A stretch of 53,549 bases of DNA, filler included, from Sphacelaria rigidula (lineage: Eukaryota), in NCBI GenBank assembly GCA_964200075.2. It is 4 parts of 4 records of this genome, joined end to end, with 100 filler letters (N's around TTAATTAATTAA, not from the genome) between each part and the next. Parts side by side here need not be neighbours in the genome. Positions count along the whole stretch, not along the records: positions 40,239 to 53,549 come from CAXNAA020002975.1; 3 more parts are not named here. One strand, 5' to 3'. The notes below the pieces were generated by a model. The model did not search any database. It was given only the letters and a program-made list of their open reading frames with translations, and was not told the DNA's origin. A program made the position numbers and the translations under genes. This document shows, in pieces, positions 48,531 through 53,549 of this stretch (the first letter of the stretch is position 1; each line of letters starts with the position of its first letter).

Positions 48531-48980
48531 AATACCCGATTGAGCGGGTATGGTAGGTATTGAAATCTCGAAATACCGTGGTATCGTTGATCTCGTAGGT
48601 ATGAGTTTTAAAAATACCTGATTGAGCGGGTTGGGTAGGTGTTGAAGTATCACAATCCCGTACTGTGATAGGTATCGTAGGTACGGCATATGAAAATACC
48701 CTGTAGAGCGGGTATAGTGGGTAATCAAATATCGAAATACGACTTTGGAAAATACCCGATTGAGCGGGTACGGTAGGTATTGAAACCTTGAAATACCATA
48801 GCATCGTGGGTATCAGAGGTATGACATTCGATAAACCCGATCGAGCGGGTATGGTAAGTATCGACATCTCGAAATACCGTGGTATCGCGGGTGTCGTAGA
48901 TACGATATTTGTAAATACACGATCAGACCGGGATCGGTAGGGTGTGAGATGTCCCAATTACCGGCACCGGATACCGGTAT
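48531..48980 (+). repeat. GGTATC-rich degenerate tandem repeat (about 80-bp unit), host of the TIR element; continues at 47390-47444
   Basis: Repeated aaatacccgattgagcgggtatggtaggtat...gaaataccgtggtatcg. Confidence 0.85.
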
Positions 48981-49587
48981 CTACATTATCTAGGGTGTCT
49001 GTGCAGTCTGTAGTGTCATCACACACATTGGAACCGGAGCACCGATGCCTGTCTGTGACCAGAGCGTGACTGTAGGCGCCACAGGTTTGTGTAGTGTGTT
49101 GCGTGCAAATTTATATTGCAGCAGGTCGTCGACGGCGCACATCGCACACTCGCGAGTACCTGAGATAGGCCGCATGGCACACCTCCCTACCTTCCAGGCT
49201 CCAAGCGGTGACGGCCTCTGTACTGTACAGAAGTATATTTACAGAAAGTACGAAAAAATAAAACTGACCACATTCCTCTACATTTATTATATATCACAGT
49301 ATAACAGCGTGAGTATTTGATGCACACGAGGTCGGTTTGATGCGATAGCGCCCCCTTCTATAAAGCAAGTGCGGCCTCTCTCAGTAAGACCACCGCCACG
49401 CAACCGTAGAGTGCTACATATTACTTACTGCATCATGTGCCAAAATGGATCCTCCAAGCGTGCGTTAGTTTGACGGCGACAGCACCTCGCTTAACAGGTC
49501 ACACACGACCTCACCATGCACAGATACGCCAGAGGCTTGTCCTCACCTGATCGCGGTATTTCTCCGCAGACATCGAACCCTATTTGG

Positions 49588-49908
49588 TCACCACGTCTCC
49601 CAGCGCAGATCGACATGAGCCGCGGCCGCCTCTATGAGCGCGTCGCCCTCCACACTAGCGTTCAGCCATGAGGTCGGCCAATTGTGTATGCGCCGCCTCG
49701 CCCCAACAGCTGCTGCAGCTTCGTGGGCGAACTCTCGAAGACGGTGCGGGAAGTGTACGCAAACTTCCAATAACTGGTCCACAACAGCGGTCGCATCTCC
49801 GTCGACGTGGGCGCCAACCGCAATGTCCACTGGACACTCGTGGTTGGGGCTAGCGTGTTGCGCCATTAGTTTGATGTCATGCGCTAGTATGCAGCTAGGG
49901 CGAAGCAG
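49588..49908 (-). CDS. Putative exon of an unidentified protein
   Basis: cctcag acceptor followed by about 106 open, GC-rich codons (LLRPSCILAHDIKL...VVDQLLEVCVHFPHRLREFAHEAAAAV...HVDLRWETW). No family recognised. Confidence 0.35.
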   Translation of the reverse strand: MLRPSCILAHDIKLMAQHASPNHECPVDIAVGAHVDGDATAVVDQLLEVCVHFPHRLREFAHEAAAAVGARRRIHNWPTSWLNASVEGDALIEAAAAHVDLRWETW

Positions 49909-50017
49909 CTGAGGCGGCACTGAACAACAACAGTGCACTCAAGTACTGAAGCACGAAACACATACTTTTGTAATCTGTTATCTATCGTTGATTTACCACG
50001 ACCAAAATGACTCATGG

Positions 50018-50312
50018 GGGTAGACAGCGAAATAGTCTTCCGCTGGTCTTACGCTACGGGACAAGAGTGCTCATTTTAACGACCGTGATTGCTCAGAATG
50101 GTCATCCCGCGCCTCTCGGGTCTCTTGCACGCCTCGTTTCCCGCGGGAAACTTCCAAACACACATGGTTGAGTGCGCGAGCTTCTCTGATGCTGTGCGGA
50201 GAGACACTCTTCCCCCCTTCAAAAACCACACCCCCGAGCTCTGGGAGCCCGCGGATGTCTCGGGACTGTCAGCCTGTACAACTGTTCCGAGGCGACGCTC
50301 GGAAACTAAGGG
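50018..50312 (-). mobile_element. Partial third copy of the longer piggyBac-like element
   Basis: Reverse-complement homology to 7957-8250; ends gaggcgacgctcggaaactaaGGG-TCAA. Confidence 0.7.
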
Positions 50313-53300
50313 TCAAGCGATATCGGTGATGGCACTGTGTCACCGCTTCAAGTCTTTGAGACATTTGAAAGATCATTTACAGAACCACAGCCCTCCTGTG
50401 AATCTCGTCGCGCAAGGTTTCGGGTCGTTCACAATCTTTGTGTGTGCATGACGACTTCAACCTGCCCAACTTTTTATTGACTCATTCACATTTCACATTA
50501 GGGTCGAAAGAAATGAACAATTAACTCGGGGGAAGATTTCACCGATGGACACGCCTCAGAACCGCAGCCAACTGTTGTGGTGTACCGTGCTGTACCTGCG
50601 AGCAACGGCAGCACACGAGTTGGTTCACAGAGCTGGATCTAATTTTCACGAAAAAAAAAAGTAGACAGGCTTCACACTTTGGTGGCGTGATCCATGGTTT
50701 CCTCGCGGGTCACCCAGAGGTGCACACTACCACCCATGAACAATGTGCCGATGCCCGTGGACAAGCTCCCAGACCCTCATGGTGAATCATGACTTGCAAC
50801 ACACCGGTACAGCACGGTAACCGATGACAACGTTTGGCGCCCAGAATCACAGGCGGGCTAAATAGATTCCCCATTTTCATTTGAGAACGTAAACAGACGT
50901 TCTTTTGAAACATCTACGGGCTCCCATGAAGACAGAAACGATCGATTGCGATCAAAAACGTACACCCACATCTTCATTTTCAGACACAAAATGCTCCTGA
51001 CTTCTGGATAATGTTTTCAAGTGGCGACTCGCGTGTTACGATCGAATACTCATCTCCTGAGCGGAGCTCCGGTGATTCGTCGGCCAACATGACTGCTTTT
51101 CACATCCGAAACAACACGAGTCACTGGGAAAATGTTTCACCGTATGGGCTGTCGTGAGGGCCCTACGACATGTAAACTGCCGCGAAGACTTCGATATATC
51201 CACGTTCTGGATGGTAGAATGTAGAGTGGTCAAATTCGATACTTTCCACTTCAGTATTCAGAAATCTAAAGTGGAGTACCCATGACTATGAATGATAACG
51301 GGTACACCCCCTCACACTGTAGCCAAAAACGGGTACACCGGACGGGAGAGCTCAACACATGGGCTCACAAGACTGAAAGAGCGTGTCTGCGCCTCACGTA
51401 CCACCTACGCTTTATCGAAGTCTCGACGGTGTTATGGACAAGGATCACAGCGTTCAAGCGTTCAGGACAGCGCTGGCGATGAAGAAGGCAGGCTTCTACT
51501 CGAGGTGGTCGTGTAACACTTTTTGTCGACTGGCGCAAGGGGTGTGCCCCCCCGTTCCTGCTACTGTCGAGCAATATCTATTTCCATCTATTTCTGCGCC
51601 AGTTGGGCGGATCATACTAGTGGTCCTTAACCTCGTCTTCACGTAAATGTATCGACCGAGCAGTGAAAGGTGATGATCATGGCGCGCTTGTAGCACTAGT
51701 GATTCGTTCGAGCAACTAGTCTGACTAAACTTCCATGTGACCTACGGTTGAGGAGATATAGTGTACCCTGCAATTGCACGCGAACTCCCCCCACACCCCT
51801 CTCTCTCCATCTTCAATTGCAGCAAGACGCTTGTGGTGCGCTGCACACTTGAATGTGGTGTTTGCTGCGGTAGATTGTTCATCTAGTACACCTTTATGTC
51901 CTTTCCAGGCAAGCTGGGCCAGCTTTCACACACGAGTTACCGAGGATCAACAATTGCTTTGAAGGAAGTAACGCCCCGGTGACAATCAAGTTCCAAGCAG
52001 GATTCGAACAGCAGGAAGTCACGGGAAATGCACTCGTGACGATCGAAATCAAAACAGGCTACTAGTCTGTCTGAAAAATATGCTGCGTAGTGCTGGAACG
52101 GACGGTACTGCAATGTACTTCTTTTTACCGCATGCAGGGGATAGCAGCTGCCTTGTACGGCACATGGGATAGTACCTGCCTTGCACGGCACACGATTGCT
52201 CTGTACTGTCAATATGAACTTCCTTCGAAAGAAATCACTAGGTGCTCGTAGTGTGTTGTACACTGGGATACTTGTGTGTGAAATCCCGCAGCTTTCTACC
52301 GTACCACAACAAAATTCAGGCGAACATACACCACCGTGATGACGCTGCATACCGTGGGACATGGCCGGTGACGTGCGAGACACGTAACGACCAACTAGGC
52401 AACCTACGAGCTTCTATTCAATGCCCCCTCTTTTGGGTAACGTTTCGGTGCTTAACCCTTTTTTAAAATTGCCCTGTGAATCATCGGACCTCCCGTCGGT
52501 TACGGAGTGTAGCGCAACCAGGTACTGAGGTTTCAGGGTTCACGAACATCAAAACTCACCATCACGGCAACCTGGGCCACCTGACCCATCCTGGGGTGCT
52601 ATACAGGGGAGTGAGATGCAGGGCACCTACAGCGACAAGGTGGACTGCTACTTGCACACGATTTGGGTCCCACCACTACCTTCCTAGGGGAGCTACAGGC
52701 TGACACGGATCCTGGTTGTTCCTCCAACTTCATTTCTCTGCCTTCACACCTACTCGGAACCCTTCAAGTACCGTGCGAGGGGCGACAACAGATAGGAGGG
52801 ACGGCGCATTATTTGGTTCGGGTTGCGATAAGTGCCCATAGGTACGCATCAGGGGGAAGGGGCGGTGATCACAAATGGAGGTGAGAGTATCCGATGCGGT
52901 CCGAGCTGACGTCAAGTCCCTCGCCGGTAGGCTTGCCCGCGGGACCATCGATCGGCTTCTCGTGCCCGACCGGGATCATGATCCCAGCCCGCATGACCGT
53001 CATGAACGGCGGGGGTAGTACCTCGTGCGTGGCTTTTCGCTCCTACTACCATCCTCTATTACTTCACAACACTGCTCCTATTCATAATTACATATCGTTC
53101 AATGTTACAGTCGGTATGCCTTCCTGTTTCGTTCTTCGTAACTAGTGTATTTGCCAAGCACATTTCTTTTGCCTCTTGACCAACGTGAATCATCTGGGTC
53201 CTTCACTCATTTCCCCAGTAAGCGTCATGGCAATTCAACAGAAAGCCGACCCTGGTGGTCAAAGGGCGAACGTTTTTCGGGTGAGAATCTCACATGTCGA

Positions 53301-53549
53301 ACGGGCTGGGTCATGCTCGAAATTCACTCATTCGTAATTGTTCACGCCGACTCTTGGACTTAAACCGGAGGGATTGCACACATATAATATGGGGCATTCC
53401 AAAACGTTTCAGAAGTGAGGGTTGCCAATCTTTGTTTTTTTCGCCGGTTATTGGGGTCCCAGGGTACTAGGGAGTGACATGCCATTTTCGGACCCCGGAA
53501 AGTCGGCGAAAATGACAACAAAACACTAGTTGAGAGTTCCGAAAAGCCT

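Noticed and set aside
49380..49405. LRLRGG ubiquitin C-terminus on the minus strand
   Set aside because: No ubiquitin-like sequence precedes it; a short chance match is likely.

Overview
Eukaryotic, repeat-rich DNA with spliceosomal introns, probably from a photosynthetic stramenopile such as a brown alga (inferred from gene content and intron style; not proven). The window is not one locus. It is four contigs of 13313, 13313, 13312 and 13311 bp, apparently sorted by length and joined by 100-bp N spacers containing TTAATTAATTAA. Three genes are well supported and all are cut by contig ends: the last two exons of a RelA/SpoT (p)ppGpp synthetase homologue (+), the first three exons of a secreted HHIP/HIPL1-like protein (-), and the last three exons of an exostosin/GT47-type, RXYLT1(TMEM5)-like glycosyltransferase (-). 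Contig 3 holds a decayed Ty3/Gypsy retrotransposon. The rest is mostly nested mobile DNA: ten copies of a ~100-bp TTAA-targeting piggyBac-like MITE that forms chains, longer relatives of it, a hAT deletion derivative with an 8-bp target-site duplication (TSD), a tRNA-derived SINE, several foldback elements and palindromic minisatellite arrays. I found no convincing new multi-gene system; the best leads are these transposon structures and a few unassigned exon-like segments.
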